A DNA stretch of 64,000 nt from Azolla caroliniana (taxonomy: Eukaryota > Plantae > Polypodiophyta), in contig JBHGNT010000006.1 of assembly GCA_043228905.1 (NCBI GenBank), positions 5,022,001-5,086,000 of the forward strand, read 5' to 3'. The number at the start of each line of letters is the position of its first letter. Positions within the stretch are counted from its first letter, which is position 1. The notes under the pieces are model-generated. The model ran no database searches. It was not told the DNA's origin and saw only the letters and a list, made by a program, of their open reading frames with translations. The translations under genes were made by a program, and so were the position numbers. Shown one piece after another: positions 52,202-64,000 of this stretch.

Positions 52202-52318
52202 AGCGCCTCTGCAGGAACGAAAGGGCTGAAGCTCCTGTGGCTCGTCGAAGGACTGACAGAGAGAAAGCGAGAGAAACGTAGAGACAAGAGCAGAAGAACA
52301 GAAAGGATCTGAGCACAG

Positions 52319-52474
52319 AAACCCTAACTTGATATTTACTAGAATGCCCTTTGGTTTTATTGCATTTATGAGAATACCCTTGGTTTTTTCTATACGGAAG
52401 TTTTCCTTTATTTCTCCTATAACATACAAAATAAGCCTTTTATATGTTATATATTGCCACGTACACAATGGGCC
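52319..52474. promoter_or_regulatory. RPL22 promoter: telo-box AAACCCTA (52319-52326) and site II TGGGCC (52469-52474)
   Basis: Motif pair typical of plant ribosomal-protein promoters, immediately upstream of the gene. Confidence 0.6.
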
Positions 52475-52906
52475 TACTGATCGAAATCAAGCACTCATAT
52501 TTTGGTCACTATTCTGTGTTGTAATCGTAAGTAATCCTCCCTAGACATTCTATTGTTGTGGCGTCGTGATGATTTTCGACCTTGGCCAATGTTTTGCCTC
52601 GTGTACATGTACATGTATGTCTCGTACATCGGACATTCCATGGCCTTGTGTGCATCATCAACTTACACATGAAGCAACTTCAATCAACCCAGATTATGTG
52701 GTCAACGTCTTTGATTTAAATCATACATAGTGCTTACCATTGTCAACCCAATATGTGATAAATCAAGTATGCCATTGGATATTACAAAGGAATTGTTCAA
52801 TTTGCTTTCTACTGGTCAATGAACCCATTAGATTGTGAATGGTAGTGAAAGTGGGGTGAAGAAAAGTGTGGTTGCCTTTAAGTTTTAGAAGGCCTTACAT
52901 GACTGA

Positions 52907-53155
52907 CATACCCTTACATGGCAATGCATGATACACAAGTTGTTCCACCCACTGATTGGACAAATTTTGCCATGAGCAATCATCCTATTTCTTCATTGAC
53001 TATCTTTGCATAGTTGGGATTCGTTTGAGACACATAGCCTTACATGGCAATGCATGATACACCTGTTGTTTCACCCACCGATTGGAAAAAATTTGCCACG
53101 AGCAATCATCCCATTTCTTCGTTGACTATCTTTGTATAGTTGGGATTCCTTTGAG
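52907..53155. repeat. Tandem duplication, 126-bp period, 2 copies
   Basis: CCTTACATGGCAATGCATGATACAC...GTTGGGATTC repeated from 52907 and 53033. Confidence 0.85.
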
Positions 53156-55251
53156 AAATTTTGTTGCCTTGGTGAATATTGTTGCTTCCTTTAGGTATCT
53201 CTTATGCTTGCAAATCCCCGTGCAAATAAATCCACGAGAATGCGAATATGTACTTTGATGAATCCCTATTAAATTTTAGTTTCTAGTTCCACTCTTACAT
53301 TACTTGGTTCTTGTTCCATTTGTCTTGTTCACAACTTCATTGCTTTCAAGTGGCTCGGTTTGATTTTGAGGCTTGCTTGCATTTCCGATGTTTATTGCCG
53401 ATACCTTTTAAGCCTCAAGATTTTATTCTCACATCACCTCAAGCATTTGCAAACCTTTTACTTTGCCCTTGTTTTTTCCTAGAGACTTATTCATTACATA
53501 CTTGGAAACCCTGATAATCATGAATTTCAGCACAACCTTTGGATTTTTCATTGATAACATACCTTTAACCTTCATTATTCATCTCTTAAAACACAATATA
53601 CGTGGCTGCGGTGTTTGTTGGGCACAAGTTCCCCTTTGAATTGAATTCTACACAAATGATTCTCTATCTCATGGAGTCAAATTTCAATGAGGCGTCTCAA
53701 TAGAAATCGACTAAAACTCTTTTTTGGGATTGCAGTAGAGTTGCGCTATGAGGATGCAAACTACCACTGCCGGTATTTTTGGGAATTATTTTGTTACTAT
53801 CAACCATTTTGTGTTGACTTCTATGAGTTGAGTTGGCTATAATTTTGTCGTCAACGTAGTAATACACTGAGGAGGACCTCCTACATGGGATACATATCTT
53901 TTTATTTCTCTCTTATTAGGGATCAAGCGAAAGGTCTATAAATGTGTGTGTAGGGTTTTTAACTCCATATAGACTCATTCATTCATATAGATCCCTTTGT
54001 TATTGGGTAGATGGAGGGTTTGCATGATGGGGGATTGAGTCCACAATGAATATACATCTATAGACAATATTAAGAGGATTCATTCATTATGGATCAATAA
54101 ATTTCAAAAACATTATTGTAGTTTCTCAAAATCTATAAATACGTGAGACTTGCCATTATCTATAGACAATATTAAGATGAACATGTATGTGTTGTTAGGA
54201 TCTATCCATATATTTGACGGAATTTGGATCATACTAATAATAGCTTTTTTCTCGGGCATGTTGTGCATTAGTTTACTCTAGATAAAAGCTCATTTATCAT
54301 AAAGTTTAGAGCCATTCTATTTTCCTTTCATGAGTTTATCTATATGCACGATAATGATGGAGTTAGTTGGGGAACATGCTAAGAAGTTGGCATAACCAAC
54401 CAATGACATAAAACAAATATACTAGTGGTTCAAATAAAGACATACTCTCTTTCAATCTATGATAGTGACACTCGCAATATATGTTTATGTAAGTTATCAT
54501 TAACATGCTCTTAAATCAAGATGATGTTTTTGGTTATCTTCTTTGTATTGACATTGATTTTGGACCCCCTGTCACGGAATCGTAGTTTCCAATCGATGAC
54601 CTTCAATGGTTATGCAAGTACTTGCTCATCTAAGACTGTAAGTGGTTCTATGGAAGGCCAAGCCATTTAATGCTTATTGCTCCTATCCACACTACATAGA
54701 GTTGAATAAGGGGCATAAATCTATCACTTGTTTTAGCACAATAGTTTGATTATCCTCAAGTATCGAGGTCGTCCTTTGCTCAATGACTGATGTTGAATTG
54801 ACGAGGACCATCAAATATCATGCATTGATTGGCAACACTAGCTGAATCGATGGGATCGATCAAACAATGTGTACAAGGGAAACAAACAATGCACACAAAG
54901 CCGTAGAGGTGGGGGGGGGGGGGGGGGGAGAGAGGATCCGTTTGGACCATAGCAATCAATCCGAGTATATGTATGTATGTTGATGATGGGGGCACTGACT
55001 AGGCCGAAGTTTGGCTCACGAGGACAGACAAATGACTTGCGATGCATAGTTGCAGTCTTAGCCTCCACTCAAACCCAAAGATTCCTTTCAATTGAATCCT
55101 AGACGTAGGGACCTACGAAGCACACATACACACGTAGACTCTCTCCCTTTCCCTCTCCCTCTTTGTTTTCTTTTTCGTAATCATGTTATTGCAGTGGTAA
55201 GTTGTTTCACAATTAGTATTACACCTTGGGTTCAAAACGCAATTTTTTAAA

Positions 55252-55564
55252 GGGAAAAGTACTAGGATACCCCTGGAAGTTCGTCTATTTACCAGAATGC
55301 CCCTAGAAGTTCCAAATTTACCAAACTACCCCTATGTCCAAAAAATTACGTTTTATAAAGTAATTATACACTCAAATATTTGGTAAATAGGGCTAGTTTG
55401 GGTCCATTTCTTTGATCTTTGTTAATTAGGGTTTGTAGATTTGAGTGTATAATTACTTTATAAGGTGTAATTTTTTGGACATAGGGGTAGTTTGGTAAAT
55501 TTGGAACTTATAGGGGCATTTTGGTAAATAGACAAACTTCTAGGGGTATCCTGGTACTTTTCCC
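55252..55564. mobile_element. Mutator-like MITE/foldback, 313 bp, ~125-bp TIRs
   Basis: GGGAAAAGTAC...ATACACTCAAAT mirrored by ATTTGAGTGTAT...GTACTTTTCCC; flanks TTTTTTAAA / TTTTTTTTA fit a degenerate 9-bp TSD. Confidence 0.85.
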
Positions 55565-55612
55565 TTTTTTTTATTTCTCTATTACTCCAATTTCCATACT
55601 CTTTACTTACTA

Positions 55613-55676
55613 GATGCCATTGTGGAATGTAGGGTTTTGAACCCATGACGTACTGGTCTCCATTGGGCAATCTTAC
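55613..55676 (-). mobile_element. 5'-truncated copy of the tRNA-derived cassette found in the chromovirus LTR (SINE-like fragment)
   Basis: Minus strand GTAAGATTGCCCAATGGAGACCAGTACGTCATGGGTTCAAAACCCTACATTCCACAATGGCATC aligns to 26709-26770. Confidence 0.65.
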
Positions 55677-56082
55677 GAAGAGATAGATAGATCATAGACA
55701 CTCTCTCTCTTGCCTCGGAGGAGTACATATGTATGTGTGTGCATGTGTGTTTTTTGAGCACACTGTCGTGAGCAAAAAATTCAAATTTCAAAAAATTTGC
55801 TTTACTATTTCCCCCCAAATTCTGCACCTCCCCTCCCCATCCCCACCGCAGCCATTCTTTCTAAGGTTCACTCTCTCACTCCCCCCTCCTTCTCTGCTTC
55901 TCTTCTTTTGCCTATTCTTCTCTGTCCGTCCGTCCGTCTCTGATTTGTCTTTCTTTCTGTTATCTCATCTCAGTTTTCCTGGTTTGTTTTGGCAGATCTT
56001 CTCCTCTCCACCGTCATCCACATCATAATCGTCTTCTTCTTCTCATCTTTAGGGTTTGAAGATATCGCCAAATTTACACCAG

Positions 56083-57493
56083 GTATGTATCACGAATATA
56101 CTTTTTATGGATTGTCCTGCTTTCCTATTGGCATTCCACACTTTTCTGATGCTTCTCTCTGATTATGTTTCGCCTTATCATTAATCGATGAATACTTTGA
56201 TATCCTTCAGCATTTGTGCTTTGCGTGAAGTCTTTATGTACTATTTGTTTGAATTCTATTTAATGCTAGAAGATCTGATCGTCTACATCTGGATAATTGC
56301 CTTCTATACATTTTGACAAAACTTGTTCTTTTTCACTGCCTTCTATAATCGAGAAAACCCTATTCATTCCTCATATTGTACTTCCCATGCCTTGCTGTTT
56401 TATTTATTTATTTGCTGAGATTTTTCTATGTTTTGATTCTACTGCTATCCATACTTTTCAGACCGTTAGAATATCTGATAAAAGATATTCTATGGTTCAT
56501 CTTTTTCAAAGGTGTTTGATACTTGTTTTTGTTTTCTATCTCTCATGATCAGAGGAACTGAAATCCATCAGGATATTCTGGTTGCAATGGTTTTGTTATG
56601 CATATATTTGAGGCGAGTTCTAACTTCTATTTACTTTGTAGAATGCTCTGTGATTTGATCAATCTTCCGCAGTTTTTTTGTTCATTCTTTGGGTAAACTT
56701 TCACCTTTATTTATGAACCTCAAAATATCTGGTCGATGCATTGTAAGATTTCCAAATTTACATTTTCTACAATGCACAATTGCGATCTTCAGCATATTCT
56801 GATCTACTGGTGGAAGTTTCTACATACGTTTTCCGTTGAGGTAGTGGTTATGTTGCTCATTGATCTATGAAAAATATTTTCTGCTATGAAACTGCATGAC
56901 TGTTTGGTACTTGATATGTTTCTTGATGCTGACCAACATTAGTCTCTAACCACATGACTCATTGACCTCTGTGGTATGTTCCTTGTTGTTGATGATCTCT
57001 AACCTTGGTTTATTAACACGTTAGTAAGAAACACTAAAATAGATAAATGACAATCATAAAGTTACAAGTGACATTTCTCAGGGTTTGATGATGGAAACCA
57101 GGTCGAAAATGAAGAAAATGCCAACAAGCACTGAATAAAAATGAATGCTGATTAACAAGATATTCTGTTGTGAGACTTGATCCTACGAACTTAAGGTTGC
57201 AAAGTGCAACCGCCATCCCAAAACAAATGTTGTTCAATGCATTTTTATTTCAAATAATTTGAAATTGGTAATTTGCTAGGTCAGATTAATTAAACCTACT
57301 TTGCAATTACGAAAGTTGACTACAGTATTTTTATTTACTTTGATCCTTTGTTGAGAGTATACTATTTTGTGGGAACAGAAACTGTATGACATAGGATTGA
57401 AACTTTATCTTGTACCTTATTACAGATAGAAACCGTATGCCAGATTTATTCATACTATAGACAAGCATGTAATGTCTTCTTAACTTCTCGCAG
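56083..57493 (+). other. Putative 5' UTR intron of syntaxin gene
   Basis: CT-rich leader ~55820-56082, donor CAG|GTATGT, acceptor TTCTCGCAG 21 nt before ATG. Confidence 0.65.
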
Positions 57494-57514
57494 ATTCTTT
57501 TAGAGATCACCAAA

Positions 57515-58441
57515 ATGAATGATCTTCTTGGAAAGTCTTTCATGAAGTGTACAGATTATGTGGATCTCAAAAAAGATGTAATGAGAGATGTGGAGATGGG
57601 AGATGTAAATGAAGATCTCCAGGGAGATCAGAGCCTCAATACTTTTTTCCAAGAGGTAAATTTAGTGAACATTGATATGGAAACAGTGAAAACCCTTCTT
57701 GCAAATCTCCAGAAGGAAAACAAAGAGAGCAAAAATGTCCATAAAGCGATGGCAATGAAAGAATTGCGTGATAGGATGGATGGAGATGTTGAGGAGGTAT
57801 TAAGAAAAGCAAAGTCCATTAAGGCAAAGCTTGAAGATCTAGATAAAGCAAACATAGCAAATCGAAAGAATCCAGGTTGTGAAGCAGGAACTCCTGCTGA
57901 TCGAGCTCGAACAGGTGTAACTAGCTCTCTTAGGAAAAAGCTCAAGGATTTGATGGGAGAATTCCAAACTTTGAGAGAAAGAATAGTGGGAGACTATAAG
58001 GAAACTGTGGAGAGAAGATATTTCACTGTCACTGGTCAGAAACCTGATGACAAAACTGTCGAACAGATGATTGAAACTGGAGAAAGTGAAAATTTCCTTC
58101 AAAGAGCTATTCAAGAGCAAGGAAGAGGTCAGGTGATGGACACTATTAGAGAGTTTCAAGAGAGACACGATGCTGTAAAAGAGATTGAGAAGAATTTGAT
58201 TGAGCTTCATCAGATCTTTCTTGACATGGCTGTGCTTGTTGAAGCTCAGGGGGAGCAGTTGAATGACATTGAGCACTATGTTTATCATGCCAATCAGTAC
58301 ATTGATAAGGGTAGACAAGATCTCGAGACTGCAAAGAAATACAGAGGAAACACTCGCAAATACATGTGTATTGCTATCCTCATCTTGCTAATTTTTATCT
58401 TGATTGTTCTTGTTCCTATAGCTACTAGCTTCAAACATTAG
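57515..58441 (+). CDS. SYP1: SYP1-family Qa-SNARE syntaxin (SYP11/SYP12-like), 308 aa, intronless CDS
   Basis: MNDLLGKSF N-peptide, Habc, YKETVERRYFTVTG, SNARE motif ERHDAVKEIEKNLIELHQIFLDMAVLVEAQGEQLNDIE, C-terminal TM. Confidence 0.95.
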   Translation: MNDLLGKSFMKCTDYVDLKKDVMRDVEMGDVNEDLQGDQSLNTFFQEVNLVNIDMETVKTLLANLQKENKESKNVHKAMAMKELRDRMDGDVEEVLRKAKSIKAKLEDLDKANIANRKNPGCEAGTPADRARTGVTSSLRKKLKDLMGEFQTLRERIVGDYKETVERRYFTVTGQKPDDKTVEQMIETGESENFLQRAIQEQGRGQVMDTIREFQERHDAVKEIEKNLIELHQIFLDMAVLVEAQGEQLNDIEHYVYHANQYIDKGRQDLETAKKYRGNTRKYMCIAILILLIFILIVLVPIATSFKH

Positions 58442-60652
58442 TGGCCGCTTTGTTCGATTTGATCGGTCAAACATTTCTCCTTCAAATTTGCTTGTGAATT
58501 TACTATACCCACACAAAAGTGTTTTCTTGCTTGCTTTCATCCTCATAGCTCAGTTTGTCTTATTATCGATGATAAAAGCATAAAGGTTTCTAGCTACTGA
58601 AGATCACAACCTAGTGATTTTCCACTCCTCTATGTGGTAATATTTATCCAAACATTTGTGTAAGTTTTTCTTTGTTGCCTGTCTTAAGAGGCAAAGCGAT
58701 CTATTGTTTTGGAAATCATAGTTCAGAAAATTGTTGTACAGAATATACTTTCATTTCATGTTGAAGAAGAGATCAAGACATTATTCTGGAAATTTGTAAT
58801 TGTGATCTGGAAGCCCTATTGGATGTATGTGAATGAGTTTAGAACCGTTTGATAACCTCATCAAAGTACAAATAGTAGCTAATCTATGGGTTAATTTAGA
58901 GCAATTATAATATCACTAATGATTCAATTGAACTGATGGTCAGTTTGCCTGTAGAACGGTAGTTGATGTATGTTAATTATCACATGTAAACACATTTTCA
59001 TGAACAAGAATAGTTTCACTACCATCCATTGAATTTTTTGACAGTTAAATGGTGCTTTGGTTTATACTTATATTTAAGGTGCTATATGTGCATACATGGC
59101 ACTAAGAGCAATTCTAGAAGACAATGATATGACCTCGTCATTTCACTTTGTTTAAAGAATGTCGTGACTTTGGCCTCACCCTTACTTGTATGGAGCATAC
59201 AAATGTACATTGAATTTCTCAGAAATGTGCCTAAAATTGAGCACATTTGGGGATATTCCCAAGCTCAAATAGTCTATACTAGATTCTGCTGAAATGTCTT
59301 AGTTAAAGTAAGTCTTAGGATACTCACTAAATCCTTGATTTACACTTATTTTGGCATAAAACAAAACCGTATTCCCAACAAAATTTTGTAATATTAGTTA
59401 GAATTTGACAAAAAGGCTGTCTAACATAGGTAGTAGTAGGTAGGTAGGTAGGGAGTGAGGATTAGAGGATCGCCAATAAAAAAGCAGCCAAAGGCGTACA
59501 AATATAGACCTAGAATATAGAGTGATTCAAAACCTAAAGATAAAGGATCTGTCTGTCATGTTGAACGCATGCTCACTGTAATAAGAGACATAGTTTCATA
59601 AGAAGGACACACATATGCATACATATTCATATCAAAAGTTCTCATTTCTGTTTAGCCTTGAGCTGAGGGGCTTTGGGCATTTCTCTCATAAGATATTTCT
59701 GGGTCAAAGTAGAAAACGGAAAAATGGCCCTCAGGAAAAGTTCCTTATTTCTCAAAGACAACTTTTTGGCACAATTACTGGGCGTCAAAATCAGTGTAAA
59801 AATACAATGCAGGAATTGCTACAGTGTTTTTGGTCGATGGTTCCTTTTCACGCCACCAAGAACACGTTCCAAACTACATATGTCAGTTCATTAAATCATC
59901 CTGAGCACCCACATTATTAGGCTTAAAGAGAAGAAATGGCGTCATATACCTCCAATTTCCAAACAAATCCTCCACACCATCACTTAATAATGCCACCATA
60001 TAATGAAACAAATTGAAACACGCGGATGATCCCTCTTTTTTGTACCTTCTTTAGAAAATAAATGATAAAAGGTCCTTCAAAAACCAGATCTCAATATACA
60101 TTGGACAGACAATTATCCTTGGTTCTCACACGAGAAAGAATCCCCCAAAAAACAAAGGTTTACAAGATGTGGGTTCCAAACCCGATCGATTCGATGATAG
60201 CTAGCAATTTCACATCCCATTACCCCCTCCCTGCCCACATCGAAATCTTGGCACAATACATCCATGGATGGGCTGTTTTATAATATTATAGACAAGAACG
60301 AAAGACCATTTCCGATAGGTGTTGAGCATCCCCAATGCATCAAAAAATGAATAACATAACAGGCCCCTGATTGCTTCAATGGTGTCAGGAATTCACCATT
60401 GCTGAAAATGATTACTTAGTGATTAGATACAGAAGCAACCGAAACCACTTCACCACTATCAAAATGATAAACCAGTACCTACTTCATAATCAAGCACAAA
60501 ACTAGCCGGATGATGATCAGTGTTAGGGAGATATTCACATACAGCTGAGTTTGAAAGCATTACCAATTGCCAAACACAGTGAATTCGAGAGATGGTTAAA
60601 AACAATTGATAACATCCACAGCAATCAGATGCCATGCTCCTCTTGCTTCTTC

Positions 60653-61261
60653 TTAAGAATGAGTTTTTTTCCGTCTTCTTCTAGCCACCAAAAATAGCAG
60701 GAGGAGGAGCTGGAGCGAGGCGGCGATGGCAATGAAGGTAATACCTAGTGCCTTACCAGCACTATGCTTTGTGTGGGGATTATTGGATAGTGGAGGGGGG
60801 TAAGGGCGGTGGTGGGATTCGAACTCGTGGTGGAATGGGAGGGCAGGGTGGGAGGGGCTGATGGCAAAGGAGAGTGGAGAAGATGGGGAGGGGGAAGGAG
60901 GATGAGGTGGAGGTGGAGGTGGAGGTGGAGGTGGAGGAGGAGGAGGAAGTGGTGGTGGTGGAGATGGTGGAGGTGGAGGTGGAGGTGGAGGAGGAGATGG
61001 TGGAGGTGGAGATGGTGGAGGTGGAGGTGGAGGTGGAGGAGGAGATGGAGATGGAGGTGGAGGTGGAGGTGGAGGTGGAGGTGGAGGTGGAGGTGGAGGT
61101 GGATATGGAGATGGGGGTGGAGGTGGAGGTGTACTAGACTCGCATTTGATTACTGTCACATCAGCCCAACCACAGATGAAGTGGCATAGCAGCACTATCC
61201 TGATCATTGTCGCAAGGTTGTAACCATAGCCACCATAGCCACCATTCCTCCTCCAACTCAT
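60653..61261 (-). CDS. Proline-rich (extensin/HRGP-like) single-pass membrane protein
   Basis: Hydrophobic signal-like segment, SP(n) tract, TM ALGITFIAIAASLQLLLLLFLVA followed by RRRRKK; start could be 61345, 61261 or later Met. Confidence 0.75.
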   Translation of the reverse strand: MSWRRNGGYGGYGYNLATMIRIVLLCHFICGWADVTVIKCESSTPPPPPPSPYPPPPPPPPPPPPPPPPPSPSPPPPPPPPPPSPPPPSPPPPPPPPPPSPPPPLPPPPPPPPPPPPPPHPPSPSPSSPLSFAISPSHPALPFHHEFESHHRPYPPPLSNNPHTKHSAGKALGITFIAIAASLQLLLLLFLVARRRRKKTHS

Positions 61262-61595
61262 GCTCTGGAAAGGAACAGAGGAGGAGAGAAACATTTCCTG
61301 TGTCCCTAGGTTTTTGCAGAGAATTAGGCCTTTCTGTATATGCATAACCCTAACAAAACATTTTTGTTAAATAATGTATATGTTAATAATGTAAATGAGC
61401 ATGTAATGTATTATGTATGTATAGCTTTTGCAGCTCTTCGTACATATATAGTGCCCCTGCTCTGCTGCTTCCATAACATGTCGAGCATAACCTAGAGGCA
61501 TAACATGTATGTAAATGGGACCTTGAGTTTCTGAAGCCTTTGAGAAACAGAGCAATACAGGCGAAGAGAGGATAATTAGGGCATTTACCCTGTGT

Positions 61596-61597
<2 letters not shown>

Positions 61598-61637
<40 letters not shown>

Positions 61638-61686
61638 GGTCTCCTCACTGGTCTTTTACTTGTACGTCATGTGAGCACAGCTTGGA

Positions 61687-61749
<63 letters not shown>

Positions 61750-61807
61750 CTCTCTCTCCTCTCTCCTCCTCTCTGTCTCTGTCTCTGTCTCTCTCTGTAT
61801 CCCACTT

Positions 61808-61866
<59 letters not shown>
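61598..61866. repeat. Compound (GA)n/(CA)n/(CT)n microsatellite upstream of the proline-rich gene
   Basis: Read directly. Confidence 0.9.
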
Positions 61867-61869
<3 letters not shown>

Positions 61870-62859
61870 ATCCAAGTGGGCCTTCAATTATAACAATAAA
61901 TAGATCAGACAACCTGTTAAGGAAAATGGAAATCTCGTGAATACCCCTCCCTCCCTTTATATAATTCCCCACAAAAATGCCCTCCACCTCTCCTCACTTC
62001 CTCCATGCTTCCTTTAGAAGAGATGTGCTTTAGAATCATCCCCAGGTGCGCTTGAATGGAAGTTATTGATCTAGAATTCTTTCCTATAGAGACCTGGCCG
62101 GCTGGGAAGAACCGGTGTTGATAACCCACGACTTGCTTGCTTGCTTGACGGTTGAAGAAGCGATTTTCATCGGCATTCTACTTGCCAAAAAGAAAGCCTT
62201 CATGAGCTCAATTCTTAAAGCATTAGATTCCCACACCTTGCCAATGAACTTTTTGATTCACATATGTCATTACTGTGTGTGCTCATTCACCCATGTTTTC
62301 TTGACTTATCCGCTCAATTATGTCTCACCTTGTTGGCTACCCCTTGTTGATTTGTAAATCTGTCCAACCTAGATCATTCTTGTAAATAACTACGTAGATA
62401 CCCATGCTACTTAACATAGAAAATTAGAGCCTATGATTGTAGATCTAATCGGGCGTGAATTAAAGATTGTCGTTCAAATGTACTCCTATGTCTGTAAACC
62501 ATGTTAAACCACCTCTCTAAACGAAGAGAGAAACTGGAACCTAAGAAAATCATCATGTCGCTATTTGCTTATATCTTGCCTCTCCTTCCTCGTGTACCTA
62601 CTATCTTTGTGTGAGTGATGCTCCAACTAAGTTGTATGTTGAGATGCGATCAAATGGTACGACTTGGTGATGGTGCCCGGTTACTCCTCTTTTAGCACTA
62701 ATGGTCTTCCTCTATGTATTCCTCCATGGGCTATATTGCTCATATTGTATTCTTGATTGTGAGTATGTGTATTGTGTTGCATTTGTGTGTGATTGGTGTA
62801 ACAATGTTAAGATTATAGGTAATCCTGATTCCCTCACGTAGTATGTTACAAGAAACAAC

Positions 62860-64000
62860 ATTTAAAAAAGAAGAAGAAAGATACACCTCAGTATATTACT
62901 TGAGAAATGTACATATAGAAAACAAAAGGAGACATTTCATATCACCTCTATTGTGATACAAAGGCTAATACCAACATCTGATCAAACAGATGATATCATA
63001 TGAGAAACAAGTGGAGCAAAAACTACAAGCTATGCAACAAAAAAGAAGGTATGGCATAATTCCACCTTAGACCAGAAGTTGTGTTTGAAAATAAGTGAAG
63101 CCCTTGCCATTGTTTCTTAAAGTCCACTTGATGTTGCCATAGAACATCAGCCGAACCCTGCATATCATCATATTGACCATGTAGTGTATGGACAAATACA
63201 ACCATAATTCAATAAACACGGTGCAGAGATGTATGTGAGCATTATTAAAAACGACATCACATCTCGCTTTCCATATTATCCAAAGAGCTAATGGCGCAAT
63301 AGTACACCAAATAACCAGATTTTCAATTCTAAACAGTGGAATAGAAGATGGAAATAAGGTGAGATAGAGGTGTTCGTGGGAAAAGTGAAAGACATGAGAA
63401 GCATGCCTACTTTCAGACTTCATAACATCTCCATGAAGGGCACCCCATAATACTGCACCCCACGAGAAAATAGAACGAGAATAATGTTGTCTCAACAATA
63501 AAAACAACTTACTAAAAAATGGCTTGATCCTAGGGCATAACCAAAACACATGCAAAATAGATTCCATAGATGCACCACAATGCATTCCACAAGCATATTG
63601 CTGATTTTGCCTCAACCAATCACCAATAGGAAGAGCATAATGCATCAACAGCCAGCGAAAACAAATCACTTTTTTCGGCAACTACATACTTCGCAACCAT
63701 TTCCAAAATTTGGTAAGTTGTAATGCATTCACATTATTTGGAGTCTAATGCTTCATGGTAGCAGGGCATTTATACATTGATTGCAACAATAAATTTCTAC
63801 CTAGCTCAACCGAATATTGGAAAAACGCTAAATGTTTACCATCTCCACAAGCACTCAGATTTTTCCATTGATAATCAGTCGGATTCCTGTCCCAATTGTA
63901 AAGAGGTTTTTTTTGAAAACCCCACAATGAACAACACTGTAAGCATTCTTGAAAGGGTGGATCCAAGAACCATTTTTTTCTAGATCTTGCAACTACTCGA
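62860..64000 (-). mobile_element. 3' end of an L1-type LINE (zf-RVT region), continues past right edge
   Basis: KVICFRWLLMHYALP...CGMHCGASMESILHVFWLCP...LWIIWKARCDVVFN. Confidence 0.85.

Noticed and set aside
60809-61189. RW-repeat and VE-repeat ORFs
   Set aside because: Antisense frames of the poly-proline gene

Overview
Eukaryotic land-plant genomic DNA, probably a non-seed plant such as a fern (inferred from TE types and microsatellite load). Host genes: a BEL1-like homeodomain gene running off the left edge (minus), a 7-exon TrmL/SpoU tRNA methyltransferase (minus), RPL22 (minus), an intronless SYP1-type syntaxin (plus) and a proline-rich single-pass membrane protein (minus). The centre (22005-43818) is one Ty1/copia element (TSD GGAAA) inflated to 21.8 kb by nesting. 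It holds a Tcn1-like chromovirus in its gag and a non-L1 (RTE-X/CR1-like) LINE in its leader. The LINE in turn holds three members of a tRNA-Trp-primed, gag-only LTR family, each followed by ACG(G/T). Also present: hAT and MULE-like MITEs, L1 remnants and a 100-N gap. Most unusual signal: tRNA-derived A-box/B-box (Pol III-type) cassettes built antisense into the U3 of two unrelated LTR families, with a related free copy in the syntaxin promoter. The chromovirus also keeps a clear -1 frameshift site with a pseudoknot.
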